Of a DNA stretch of 64,000 nucleotides, positions 26,245 to 39,627 are shown in pieces. A model generated the notes under the pieces. The model saw only the letters and a list, made by a program, of their open reading frames with translations, searched no databases and was not told the DNA's origin. The position numbers and the translations under genes are program-made. Source of the DNA: Macrostomum lignano (taxonomy: Eukaryota); NCBI GenBank assembly GCA_002269645.1, contig NIVC01000386.1, forward strand, positions 248,001-312,000. The letters run 5' to 3'. Every line of letters starts with the position of its first letter. Within the stretch, counting starts at the first letter, position 1.

Positions 26245-26565
26245 CATCGGGGTCACGGAAGGCCATGGGGTCATGGGGGTCAGGGGAGTCATGAAGGTCA
26301 GTGGGGTCATGGGGGTCATAGGGGTCATGGAGGTCAGGGGGATTAGGGGGTCAGTGCGTTAGGGGGTCAGGGCGTTAGGGGGTCAGGGGTCATGGGGGTC
26401 ATGGAGGTCAGGGGGGGGTCAGGGGGTCAGGATTTCAGGGTGTCAGGGTGCCAGGGTCAGGGGTCATGGGGGTCATGGGCGTCATAGGGGTCATGGAGGT
26501 CACGCGTCAGGGTGTCAGGGGTTAGGGGGTCATGGGTCAGGGTGTTAGGGGGTCAGGGGGTCATG
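26245..26565. repeat. Degenerate G-rich GGGGTCA(T) repeat
   Basis: Dense G4-G5 runs; G-quadruplex-prone. Confidence 0.8.
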
Positions 26566-27099
26566 ACACCTAAAATTTGTCTACTGCACCTGATTGGCGG
26601 CTCGGACACGCTAAGCGGTTGAGCCGTTTTTTTCTAAAATTAAAAAAATAGCTCTGGGGCTATTAAATTTTGCAGAATTCCTCCTGCGAAATGTCATAAT
26701 TAGGCCGTGTTTGCTTTCGAAGTTGCCGCGCGCTTCCCTCTTGGCCCCAGATTTCCGCGCAAATATTTTCCCCATCTTTAATTTGCTCACTCTGCTGAGC
26801 TCCCTTAACAAAAAGTTTGCAGAAATCCAAGCCAGCTCTGTGCAGTTTGAGTTGCCGCACTCAATCTGGCACTTTTATTGCTGCGGCACGAGAGGCAATA
26901 AAAGCCAGTGAAAAACGCTGGGCTGCGCAAGCAGGCAGCGGCTGCACTAATCGCGTCCTGCACTCAGCGAGTTCGTCTGTTCGTCTGGATGAAATAACAG
27001 ATTTTGCCGTGAAGCCGCTGATAAATGCAGGCTGCGAAATCCGACTGCGCTGCTGGCTGAACTGCCTCTTCCAATCCTCTGCGCTTCGTGTCCGCCCTC

Positions 27100-27545
27100 T
27101 GCCGCTTCTTAGCGGACTCTACTTTTCCCTCTAGCGCTCTACGCTTTTCTCCACCCGCTCTACTTTTCCCTCTAGCGCTCTACGCTTTTCTCTACCCGCT
27201 CTACTTGTCTCTCTACCGCTCTACTTTTCTCTCTACCGCTCTACTCTTCCCTCAACCGCTCTACTTGTCTCTCTACCGCTCTACTTTTCTCTCTACCGCT
27301 CTACTCTTCCCTCTACCGTTCTACTCTTCTGTCTACCGCTCTACTTTTCTCTCTACCGCTCTACTCTTCCCTCTACCGTTCTAATCTTCTGAATATCGCT
27401 CTACTTTTCTCTCTACCGCTCTACTCTTCCCTCTACCGTTCTACTCTTCTGACTATCGCTCTACTTTTCTCTCTACCGCTCTACTCTTCTCTCTACCACT
27501 CTACTCTTCTCTCAAAAGCGCTACTCTTCCCTCTACCGCTGGACT
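27100..27545. repeat. 20-bp pyrimidine-rich minisatellite (CCGCTCTACTTTTCTCTCTA)
   Basis: Visible tandem units. Confidence 0.9.
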
Positions 27546-28120
27546 TTCCTATCAACCAAATGATTATTTGATCCAACGATTCGCCTGATATCACATCACT
27601 ATAGGTAAATTTCAATACAGGAGTTCTGCGAAAGCGCTAATCTGGGCCTTTGCCATATCAAGGACTTCATATTTAATAAATGATTTGTCCGCCCACTCAC
27701 CAAACTCTAAATTGACAAGATTGGCGATTGATATTCATCATCTGGAATTTTCTAATGCTTTAAAGTTTTTTTTTCTGACCGCATGGACACAATTCTTCAC
27801 TATCTGTTGCCTATTAGTCCTTCAAGTCACTGATTAAACTTCAAAGCTTAAAAAGTTTCTGGCCATTTCTGTGTCTACCACCGCCTGTCCTCTGAAGTCC
27901 GGGCCGCTCTGAATGATAAACAACACCCACAGAAGCGAAATAGCTGCTGCTACTGTTGCTACTAGGGGCAGAAAATATCTGTGCCGCTGAAAGAGCGAGT
28001 TGGCTCATCTGCTGCTGAGATGCAAAGCAGAGGCTGGCATCGAACTGCAACTGCGTAATTCACAACAGCACATTGCTGCATAGCGCTTGCCGAACTCTCT
28101 TAGTAACTGAATATGACTGC

Positions 28121-28810
<690 letters not shown>

Positions 28811-29459
28811 CAGATGATACAAGGACACACAGACAGGCATAATGAGATGCAGACAGGCAGGAATTAAAAGCTACAGAGCCCATCAAGCTAATCAGATTTG
28901 TCTTTTCACTCAGCGCCACTTCCTGATGCTAATGAGAGCAGAAGGCTCTGGCACTCTGATGCCGCTGTCATTAGAAATGCATCATCCAAGCAATCCGGTC
29001 ATGCTTGGACATCAATGATTCCGCATGACTGCGATGACGCAACTGGCCAATTGGCTCAAAGCAGTTTGTAGAAAGCTGAAAGTCAGCGGCTGAAAGCGGC
29101 ATTCCGCAATGCAGCCACAGCAGTGCGACGATAATCCGCTAGTTGTAATAAACCAAATTCGGTAACTTGGTGAGCCAAAATCAGCTGACAGGAGTGATGG
29201 ATGGGGGGGGGCATTCGAGAAGGGAGAAAGTGTCGCTACAAACGCACTGCGCATGCAGACAGACGGACCGGAACTTCACTGAAATGAGATTTCCCATGAA
29301 TCCGAGCTTCAGGGATGCGAGAAGGAAATTTTTTGCAGTGGAAATTTATTGGATGCGAGGGGTGAGGGGAAATGCGAGTGAATGGAAAAGGAAGAGTAGG
29401 TGATGAGTGCGGTAAGGTTGGATAGCTAGTGGATTGAGGGGCAATAGAGGGTCAAAGTA

Positions 29460-29990
29460 GGGAAGTGGAGTAGAGAGGGGTAGACTGGTGTAGAGAGGGG
29501 TAGACAGGTGTAGAGAGGGGTAGACTGGTGTAAAGAGGGGTAGACAGGTGTAGAGAGGGGTAGACTGGTGTAAAGAGGGGTAGACAGGTGTAGAGAGGGG
29601 TAGACTGGTGTAAAGAGGGGTAGACAGGTGTAGAGAGGGGTAGACAGGTGTAAAGAGGGGTAGAGAGGGGTAGAGAGGGGTAGAGAGGGGTAGAGAGGGG
29701 CAGAGAGGGGTAGAGAGGGGTAGAGAGGGGCAGAGAGGGGTAGACAGGTGTAAAGAGGGGTAGAGAGGGGTAGACAGGTGTAAAGAGGGGTAGAGAGGGG
29801 CAGAGGGGGGTAGACAGGTGTAAAGATGGGTAGAGAGGGGTAGACAGGTGTAAAGAGGGGTAGAGAGGGGTAGAGAGGCGTAGAGAGGCGTAGAGAGGGC
29901 TAGAGAGGGGTAGAAATATGTAGAGAGATGTAGAGAGGGTAGAGAGCAGTAGAGAAGGGTAGAAAGGGGTAGAGAGGGGTAGAGAGAGTA
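29460..29990. repeat. Purine-rich 10/20-bp minisatellite (GGGGTAGAGA / GTAGACAGGTGTAAAGAGGG)
   Basis: Visible tandem units. Confidence 0.9.
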
Positions 29991-30507
29991 GATCGGCGAC
30001 ACCGCCTTAACTTGACATCTGGACTGCCACAGAGCTCTGCCGTTCTGTCCCAACGTTTAACAGAACACAAGCGTAAAATGAACTTGCAATCTTGCGCCAC
30101 TAAAATCTGCACCTCTGTACACCAAGAGCTGAAGCGCCAAACGCCCGCGCAGACATGGATGGCCAAACTGCAGGTGAAAGTCCGATAGCAAAAACTCGAG
30201 CCATTTGATTTTGCATTTTGTGATCTCGGCAGTTCAACTTAACGCACTTGCTGTTAATTTTCTGTGTTTATCAAAATTGTAAATTAAATTTTATCATTTT
30301 CTGCGAAGAAAAACAGCGCGGCATTCGTTGACTACGCGAAAAATTTTAATAAACTGCTAATTGTTGTGACGCAGGACAACTGATGCGTTGCCTGTTGCAT
30401 TAAGCATACTTAGCTCGGATATGCGATGTTCTTTCTGAGAGGGCGTCGCTTTTACAAACTAGAAATGCCCGTTATTTTCACAAGCTCAAATTTATGAAAG
30501 CCAGTAA

Positions 30508-32150
30508 CGGGTGTCAGACTGTCAGGATCGCTAGAGTGGGTGTCAGACTGTCAGGGGACCAATAGAGTGCGTGTCAGACTGTCAAGGATCGCTAGAGTGG
30601 GTGTCAGACTGTCAGGATCGCTAGAGTGGGTGTCAGACTGTCAGGGGACCAATAGAGTGCGTGTCAGACTGTCAGGATCGCTAGAGTGAGTGTCAGACTG
30701 TCAGGATCGCTAGAGTGGGTGTCAGACTGTCAGGAGACCAATAGAGTGGGTATCAGACTGTCAGGATCGCTAGAGTGGGTGTCAGACTGTCAGGGGACCA
30801 ATAGAGTGGGTGTCAGACTGTCAGGGGACCAATAGAGTGCGTGTCAGACTGTCAAGGATCGCTAGAGTGGGTGTCAGACTGTCAGGATCGCTAGAGTGGG
30901 TGTCAGACTGTCAGGGGACCAATAGAGTGCGTGTCAGACTGTCAGGATCGCTAGAGTGGGTGTCAGACTGTCAGGGGACCAATAGAGTGCGTGTCAGACT
31001 GTCAAGGATCGCTAGAGTGGGTGTCAGACTGTCAGGATCGCTAGAGTGGGTGTCAGACTGTCAGGATCGCTAGAGTGGGTGTCAGACTGCCAGGATCGCT
31101 AGAGTGGGTGTCAGACTGTCAGGATCGCTAGAGTGGGTGTCAGACTGCCAGGATCGCTAGAGTGGGTGTCAGACTGTCAGGGGACCAATAGAGTGGGTGT
31201 CAGACTGTCAGCATCGCTAGAGTGGGTGTCAGACTGTCAGGACCGTTCTTGGTGTAGAAAGCACACGGTATACTTTGCCTGTTTCTGGTCTCCAATAGCA
31301 GATTAATTTCAGTTCGTTTTGAAGCGACACTGGGGATGAATTCCAGCAAATCCCGTATAAAATTTCCGGGATAAAGCAGCACGAAAAAAGTTTAAGTGCA
31401 AGATATTATAGCCATCCTGTTGCTATGGGGTCTACGAGAAGTTCTGAACCCGGACGAACTGCACTTGGGATTTGCCAGCCTGCGCCCCCTCCCCCCAGTT
31501 CAAGAAGACGAGGTCTTTCTGATTGTACAGCTTACCAACAAACCATTCGCTGCTTTATCAAGGATACAGAAAAACTGAAAAATGTCAGCAGTTCGGTACA
31601 TCCTAGCTTGTCTCGTGGAATTAAAGCTTTTAGTTGTAGAGGTCTGTCTAAGTGAGTGACTGCATGTTCTCGATCTTCGCTTGCTACACTGGTTAGCATT
31701 AAAGCTGACGGGTGTCAGACTGTCAGGATCGCTAGAGTGGGTGTCAGACTGTCAGGCTTGCTATATGGGGTGGGTGTCAGACTGTCAGGATCGCTAGAGT
31801 GGGTGTCAGACTGTCAGGATCACTAGAGTGGGTGTCAGACTGTCAGGATCGCTAGAGTGGGTGTCAGACTGTCAGGATCGCTAGAGTGGGTGTCAGACTG
31901 TCAGGATCGCTGGAGTGGGTGTCAGACTGTCAGGATCGCTGGAGTGGGTGTCAGACTGTCAGGATCGCTGGAGTGGGTGTCAGACTGTCAGGATCGCTGG
32001 AGTGTTTGTCAGACTGTCAGGATCGCTGGAGTTGGTGTCAGACTGTCAGGATCGCTGGAGTGGGTGTCAGACTGTCAGGATCGCTAGAGTGGGTGTCAGA
32101 CTGTCAGGATCGCTAGAGTGAGTGTCAGACTGTCAAGGATCGCTAGAGTT
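30508..32150. repeat. 29-bp minisatellite (GTGTCAGACTGTCAGGATCGCTAGAGTGG) in two blocks, 30508-31245 and 31709-32150
   Basis: Same unit in both blocks, separated by ~460 bp of unique sequence. Confidence 0.93.
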
Positions 32151-32261
32151 TCTAAAATTCTAGAGTGACTGTCAGAACAGTGCCATGACAACGCTTTTCC
32201 AGGAAACGCTATGAACACAATTTACCAGCACAAGGAAAGCTCGGAGCGCAGCAACCCTGAA

Positions 32262-32849
32262 TAGGGAGTACAATCCAGGGATTTTGGTTAGGCCTAAATT
32301 CCGGGATCACAATTGTCCGATATTCGAAAATCCCGGGATTGACCATCGGGATCCTGATCCTGCTTTGCAATGATCTCGAGTATCTGCAGCTGAGATACTT
32401 TTCAGGTGAAAATCATAACCCAGTTGTCCTACCTTGATTTCTTAATCGTTTTAAGCATGCAGGCTAGCGAGTAGAAGGCTATAGGGCTGTAGGGACACGA
32501 AACAGAAGCTGTTAGCAGGTCGTAAGGGTATTTAAGGTGTACTAATGTAGAACTACTTTAAGCAGTCCCTACCTTCAAAACTCCTTGGCCGTAGTTGGGA
32601 TTAGAACAGTGGGACATTGCTATCAGACCACAACCCAAGCTACCAGTTCTCCATCTAGGGCGGTGCCCCTTGGAGGGTGAGGTCTGATCCCCTTCTACCC
32701 AGGAATCAGCACCTCGGGCCATAGCTCTGTAAGCTATCATTCCCCAGGTTACATCACAATCAAGTGTGATTTTCCTGAGCTGTTACAGCACCTTTAAAGA
32801 AATCCCGACAATCCCGGGATTGGCAAAACTCGGGATTTTGTATTCCCTA
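32262..32849. mobile_element. hAT-type MITE (588 bp)
   Basis: TIRs TAGGGAGTACAA / TTGTATTCCCTA, subterminal CCCGGGAT repeats, perfect 8-bp TSD ACCCTGAA at 32254-32261 and 32850-32857. Confidence 0.88.
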
Positions 32850-33541
32850 ACCCTGAAAATTTAAGTGGTTTGCCATGATGCCATGCCATTGCCATCGGTT
32901 TGTCACAACCCACCAATATTTTCAGTCAGTTTCATTTTATTAATTGGACCAGTGCCCAATCCGAGTCAAATGTACAGTGCGCACGGAATGCACACTCCTT
33001 GTACACTCAGTCACTCTGTGCGCTTGAGGCCACAGCTGAGGAGTGGGGCTGGGGGGTGCTTGCGATAAGTCAGCTCGCAGTCAATTGGGTGACGGGGCAC
33101 AGCGGGGGGGTCTGCATTTGAAAGGCAGACCGGCCCCATTTTACTGATAAGCGAATGGAGGCCTGATATGGCATAAAGCGTTGTAGCGATCTCGCAGTGC
33201 TTTATATAGCCTGGCTGGCAAACTGCGTGGGCCGCACGAGTAGAGAAAAACGCAACAAACAGGTAAACCGACCAAGCTGCCAAGAGAAGCCTTTGATTTG
33301 GCAGCTCACCTGCAATCAACTACGCTTTAGTATTGTTTGTTTGTTAAAAACCTTCGCAAAAGACTGCCTTATTGGGGCATTTCCCGCAACTGCGCGAGCC
33401 TGATAAGATAAAGGCCGATTCAATTCACTTTCAAAGGACAGGCTCAGCGAGCGGAAAGGCGAGGCAAAACGAGTAATTAACAGCTGAAAAATACTGCAGA
33501 ATTTCCTGGCAGCCTGCGCGAAACAGTTGACGCTGGGAAAC

Positions 33542-36500
33542 ATGACTCTAAGGCTCCGGCTGCTCACTCTGCAGCTGCTGCTGCTGGCCGCATCAGCTTC
33601 AGCCAGCCAGCCGCTGGGCTCCAGCAGCCGCCTGTGCAAGACGGTCTACATCTCAAGTCGCGAGTACCGCACCCACAGGAACATCAGCCGGCTGCATGCT
33701 GAGCTCCAGGCCAGCGTGGACGGCTGCCAGTACGTTCACGGCGACGTAATCATCCAGAACATCGGCGCCGACTCCGTCACTGAGGAGCCGATTGACGAGG
33801 CCATCCGCGGCCTCCAAACCGACTTCCTGGACTCCATCATCGAGATCAGCGGCCGATTGGTGATCAAACGGATTAACCTGGAGCGCATCAGCTTGCGCAA
33901 CTTGCGCGCCATCCGCGGCTACAACCTGGAGAACACCAGCCCCTTCTTCGCAATGGAGGTTTTCCAATCGAAGTACCCGGTCAAGCTAGAGCTGCCGCAG
34001 CTGAGCGCCATCCTGCAAGGCGACGTCCGCATCATCGGCAACCTGCACGCCGACCTTTACTGCTACCTGTCCCGCCGGATTAATTGGCCCAGCCTCTTCC
34101 AGAGCCACTCGAGCCGAACGCCGCAGCAGTTCAACGACAACGTCGAGATCATGACGCTGGGCGACCAGCAGATCAACGTCAGCGACTACGCCGCAACCGA
34201 GAAGGTCTGCACGTCGCTTCCAGCGTGCAACTCCAGCTGCCACACGGAGAAGTCCGGGCGGCAGCTCTGCTGGTCCGACAGTCCCGGGGGCTGCCAGAGC
34301 TTCCACGGGTGTCTCGTGCGCCCATGTCGGAACTGCTTCCGCCATCCGTACACAGGCAACGAGGAGTGCTGCGAAAGCGACTGTCTTGGCGGTTGCTCGA
34401 ACAAATCGGACGGCTGCTTCTCCTGCCGCGATGTCAGCCTGGACGGCGTCTGCAAAGGCAACTGCCCGATGAAGACCGATCTGAACCCCGGCACCAACAA
34501 GATCGAGACGCGGAACTCCAGTACAACTATGAAGCGAGTGGGCAACATCTGCGTGAAACAGTGCGAGATGCCCTTCGTCACCAGCTCCAACGACAAGTAC
34601 TGCGTGAGCGAGTGCCCTCTGACCGAGATTCCCGTCAATGGCATCTGTACGCGCTGCGCGGCCAAGCACCAGTCTGCCTGCGAGACGTGCACCGTCGACA
34701 CGCTAATCATGAGCGACAAAGTGGCGCAGGCTTTGAAGAACGGCAACTGCACGATTTGGCGGACCGACTCGTCGCTGGATATCAACTCGGAGAAGCTCAA
34801 CAGCAGTGCCAGCCTCGAGACGCTGGAGTTTCTGCGAATTTTCTATGGCCGACTGTTCATCAAGCGGACGGATCGGCTGGTGGACAATCTGCGGTTCCTT
34901 CGCAATCTTAAATTTGTTTCGAACAACTTTGGCATCATGATGCTGCACACGCGGTACCTGGGCCTCGCCAGCCTGCGATACGCCAAAGCTCTCTGGCTCA
35001 TCAAGATCAGCGGGCTCTGCGAAGCTTGGTACCCTAGCAGAACAATTCGACAGATTACAGAGGTCACGAAAGAATTTACCATAGGCACCCGTGAAATCAG
35101 CTTCGACAACACGAGCGAGGTGTGCAGGAACGCCGTCTGTGACCCCAGTGCCGCGACGAGTGCTGGGGACCCGGACCCGACATGTGCGTAGCCTGCCGGA
35201 ACTTCGAGGTGGACGGCCGCTGCTACGCCACGTGCCAGGAGGCCGGTCGGTACAATCTGAGCGGAGAATGTCAGGAGTGCCACAGCGAGTGCGAGGGTGG
35301 CTGCAGCGGTCCGAGCGCCTCCGAGTGCGAGCGCTGCAGCAACCTGGAGGAGGACGGCAAGTGCGTGGCCGCCTGCAGCAGCCGAGAGATGCGCGCCGAC
35401 TCGAAGGGCCGCTGCTACTCGGTGGCGTCTGCGAGACTCCTCACCGTCGGCATTGGCGTCGGGCTGCTCATTCTGGTGCTGCTGGTGCTGCTGCCGGTGG
35501 CCTACGTGCACTACCGGAGGCGCATGCGAAAGTACGAAATCGTCGACTTGGACGAGTACCTGACGGACCCGAGCAACCCGAACGCCATGGCGAAGCTGCT
35601 GATTGTGAATGACGACGATGTGATGAAGCAGAAGGAGATTGGCAGTGGCGCGTTCGGCACGGTGTACAAGGGCATCCTGCGGTCGAGCACGAACAAGGGA
35701 GTTCGCGAGCTGCCCGTCGCGATCAAGGTGCTGCGCGGCCACAGTCCGAAGCTGGGCCAAGAGCTGCTGAACGAAGCGAGCATGCTGGCCAGAGTGCAGC
35801 ATCCATGCTGCATCCGACTGGTGGCTTTGTGCCTGACCCAGGAGCCGCAGCTGATCACGGCGCTGATGCCTCGGGGCTGTCTGCTGGAGTTCCTGCGAGC
35901 GCACCGCAACCAGATCGGGGCGGAGCGAATGCTGCGCTGGGGTCTACAAGTGGCAGAGGGCATGGAGTACCTGGAGTCTCTGGGCATTGTACACCGCGAC
36001 CTGGCTGCCCGCAACGTGCTGCTGCAGACTCCGGACCAAGTGAGGATCACGGACTTCGGGCTGGCCCGTCTGCTGGACATGTCGGAGGGCGAGTTCATCC
36101 AGACGGCCGGCCTGCTGCCGGTGAAGTGGCTCGGCGTGGAGTGCTTTGAGTCCGGACTGTTCAGCCACAAGTCGGACGTGTGGAGCTACGGCGTGCTGAT
36201 GTGGGAGATCTGCACGTTCGGCGAGTCGCCCTACAATCCGTACGGGATCCGCTCAGTGGAGGACATCACCGGCCTGCTGAAGAAGGGCATCCGGCTGAAC
36301 CAGCCCGACATCTGCAGCATCGACTTCTACAACATCCTGCTGAGCTGCTGGCTGCCGCATCCGGAGTCTCGGCCGAGCTTCCGCGACATGGTCGGCACCA
36401 TGAATGACTGCCTCGCCTGCCCGTCCAAGTACATCGCACAGCGGTACAGCACCATGGACCCGAACCTGTTCGACACCGATGATGCTGTCGGGTTTGTGAC

Positions 36501-36813
36501 CGAAGTGTCAAAGCCGGCCGCACCGCAGCCGTTGCAGAAAAGCCCGGACAAGCACGGCGTGGAGCTGAACTCGTACATCTCTGACCCGACCTACCGCTCG
36601 GCATCGAAACTGCGTAACTCGCCGGCACGGGCGCTGCAAGCTCAGGCCAGCAACACCAGCGAGAGCGCCGGCCTGCTGAGCGGCCAGATGAGCGTGCCCG
36701 ACGCAAACGACGACTACCTGACGCCGACGTCGCCGGGAGATAACAACGGAGACGTGCACGACGGTGGCGGAGCAGGCGGCCTGGACGACTACCTGACGCC
36801 GAGGAAGGCGTGA
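33542..36813 (+). CDS. EGFR: EGFR/ErbB-family receptor tyrosine kinase, copy B (intronless, ~1090 aa after repairing one frameshift)
   Basis: Signal peptide MTLRLRLLTLQLLLLAASASA and the same domain order as copy A. A -1 C at 35143-35146 (GACCCCAG vs GACCCCCAG in copy A) splits it into ORFs 33527-35191 and 35182-36813. The tail carries DDYLTP x2. Confidence 0.88.
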
Positions 36814-38034
36814 GCTGCCGGCCTACCACCCTTGCACCGGTTGACCTGGGAGAATTTTTATTTATGGATTGAATTTTTATCCCTTTTGCACTCGCTTTAC
36901 CATGTAATGTTTCAATTTCTCAATATTTAATCATGTAGGTATTACAAACTCTTATGAATCAGTAAGCTGATCAGTCTGGACACTTGGGTCAATGGTGCTC
37001 AGCCTCCCCTAGCAGTGAGCAGCGGGAACTCTGAACTCTGTAAAGGACGCCAATCAAATAAGAGAATCGCAGCCGACCTCAGTTGTTTACAGACGAAATA
37101 GGTTTCTCGAGCTTCAGAATTGGCTGCCTTTTTTACCTGTACCTGGGCTTTTTGTGATTGCTATTGCGGCTCTTCGTGTAGCGTTTGGGTTGCTTGTAAT
37201 AGCAATTTTTTTAACTGTATTAGCTTGCACAAACATATTTGTACCTGTCATGCAGAGCCCATTGCAAATTTATTATACTTAACAGTTCACCAATAATTAT
37301 TTATTTTTGTTATCATTGAATATTAATTATTAACAAGTTTGTTGTTGTAAAGACAAATATTTAAGCAACTAAAATGTGTATCATCTTCATGTCTGTATTT
37401 TATTCTCTGCTTTGCGTCTCGCTTGTAATTGTAATCGAAAAGCTTTTGTTGATGTTGTTGATGGGCTGCATGTGTGACGCAATACATCTGGTAATGAGCC
37501 TTGTTCGTTTCCAGAGCAAGATGGATTGCCTAATGTCATTTCAGCAACTATTTTTAATGCTCTTTACAAACGTGTACCTCTGTGTTGTCGCTTCTCAATA
37601 ACAAATCAGTTAATTGGAATTATGAATATTTTGCTCGGATTTTGAATCCCCAATCCGTCAATGTGCTGCAAAATTTGATTGAATAAAAAACTGCTGGCAT
37701 CACAGAAATTTTCTTTTTTCGCTTGGCTCGACCTGGTTGTTGGCGTCATCGCTGCAGTTTTCATAAATAAAAGCATCAACGGTCATTACAGGACAAGCAA
37801 ATGCAAAGTTTTACACAGCACGTGATAAGCTGCAGTTTGGCTTGCATCATTTTTTTCTTTTTAAAGGAGATTCCATAGAAACGCATGGCTCACAGACCAC
37901 CCGTGTGTTTGCACCGGTGTAAGGCCAGTGCAAATGGAAGTGTACGCTTGCACTTTTGCCCGATTATGACGCCACTACGCCAGCACGAATCCATTGGCAG
38001 TTGCGCTCTCTTACGCAGGTCCTAAACCAGCATG

Positions 38035-39112
38035 CAGGGGCGTCGCCACCGGGACATGGGGGACATGTCCCCCCCAGTGATAGCTATGGGGGTGACATCT
38101 GCCAATGCTTTGTCCCCTCCCCCACCCAGACTTGTGACTCGTTATGGAAATCGATATTTTTGCTTCCCGGTGAAAAAATATATAGCGCCTGTGGCACCAA
38201 AATGACTCCCTAAAATTATTGACTGCGACGCTAAAGTTAATGCCTGTGGCGCTAAAGATAATGACTGCGGCGCTAAAGTTAATGCCTGTGGCGCTAAAGT
38301 TAATGCCTGTGGCGCTAAAATGAATGCCTGTGGTGCTAAAGTTAATGCCTGTAGCGCTAAAATGAATGCCTGTGGCGCTAAAGTTAATGCCTGTGGCGCT
38401 AAAGTTAATGCCTGTGGCGCTAAAGTTAATGCCTGTGGCGCTAAAGTTAATGCCTGTGGTGCTAAAATGAATGCCTGTGGCGCTAAAGTTAATGCCTGTG
38501 GTGCTAAAATGAATGCCTGTGGTGCTAAAATGAATGCCTGTGGCGCTAAAATGAATGCCTGTGGTGCTAAAATGAATGCCTGTGGTGCTAAAATGAATGC
38601 CTGTGGCGCTAAAATGAATGCCTGTGGCGCTAAAGTTAATGCCTGTGGCGCTAAAGTTAATGCCTGTGGTGCTAAAATGAATGCCTGTGGCGCTAAAGTT
38701 AATGCCTGTGGTGCTAAAGTTAATGCCTGTGGCGCTAAAATGAATGCCTGTGGTGCTAAAATGAATGGCTGTGGTGCTAAAATGAATGCCTGTGGCGCTA
38801 AAGTTAATGCCTGTGGTGCTAAAGTTAATGCCTGTGGTGCTAAAGTTAATGCCTGTGGCGCTAAAATGAATGCCTGTGGTGCTAAAATGAATGCCTGTGG
38901 TGCTAAAGTTAATGCCTGTGGTGCTAAAATGAATGCCTGTGGTGCTAAAGTTAATGACTGTGGCGCTAAAACGAATGCCTGCGGCGCTAAAATGAGTGCC
39001 TGCGGTGCCAAAGTGAGTGCTGACAGCACCGATTCTGAAAAGAATGTCCACATACATGCAGAATTATTCGCATTGAACCCCCCTCACCATAAAGTCCATG
39101 GTGACACTCTTG
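38035..39112. mobile_element. hAT-type MITE hosting an internal 21-bp minisatellite
   Basis: Left TIR CAGGGGCGTCGCCA; decayed right TIR TGGTGACACTCTTG at 39099-39112; perfect 8-bp TSD CCAGCATG at 38027-38034 and 39113-39120. Confidence 0.82.
38230..39010. repeat. 21-bp minisatellite (GCCTGTGGCGCTAAAATGAAT) inside the MITE
   Basis: 7-aa periodic ORFs (NACGAKM). Confidence 0.95.
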
Positions 39113-39320
39113 CCAGCATGTACATGACGCATGCGTTTGGTCAGTCAATACCGATTGATGATCAGCCTTGCATAATTAAGTACATGACGTGAATCAGTTT
39201 CCTGAAAAACTACAGCGACAATGACGGTTCACAGTTTTTGCTCTTTGGTACCTTTTAAGTTGTGTTAGTAGGTTTTTAAATTGTTTTTAAATGAATTCAA
39301 GGTGGTTGTATACTTAGTAA

Positions 39321-39627
39321 GGCAGTTTTAGCCTTGCGGTTAGAGCGTCGGACTCACGACTAAAAGATCGGGGGTTCGATTTTCGACCCAACTCGGAACA
39401 ATTTGTGTCCTTGAGCAAGACACTTAGCTCTCCATTGTTTCAGCTCATCCGCTGTAAAATGAGAGCCAGCATTATAACTGGTGTACGTAATTGAGGGTGC
39501 GTGTGGCGAACCCCAGCCCTTGGACTGAACAGCCGTACGCAGCCTTCAGATGCGCCCCTTAACACAGCTGCGATTGAGCTGTCGGTTGCACAACTGTCCA
39601 TAGGGCAGGTGTAATCAGCTATTATTA
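39321..39627 (+). mobile_element. tRNA-derived SINE
   Basis: A-box-like TAGCCTTGCGGTTAG and B-box-like GGTTCGATT. Central GTGTCCTTGAGCAAGACACTT motif of the kind common in metazoan tRNA-SINEs. (TAT)n-like 3' end. Confidence 0.7.

Noticed and set aside
39321-39400. Possible tRNA gene
   Set aside because: No proper cloverleaf closure, and it continues into a SINE body, so it is called as a SINE
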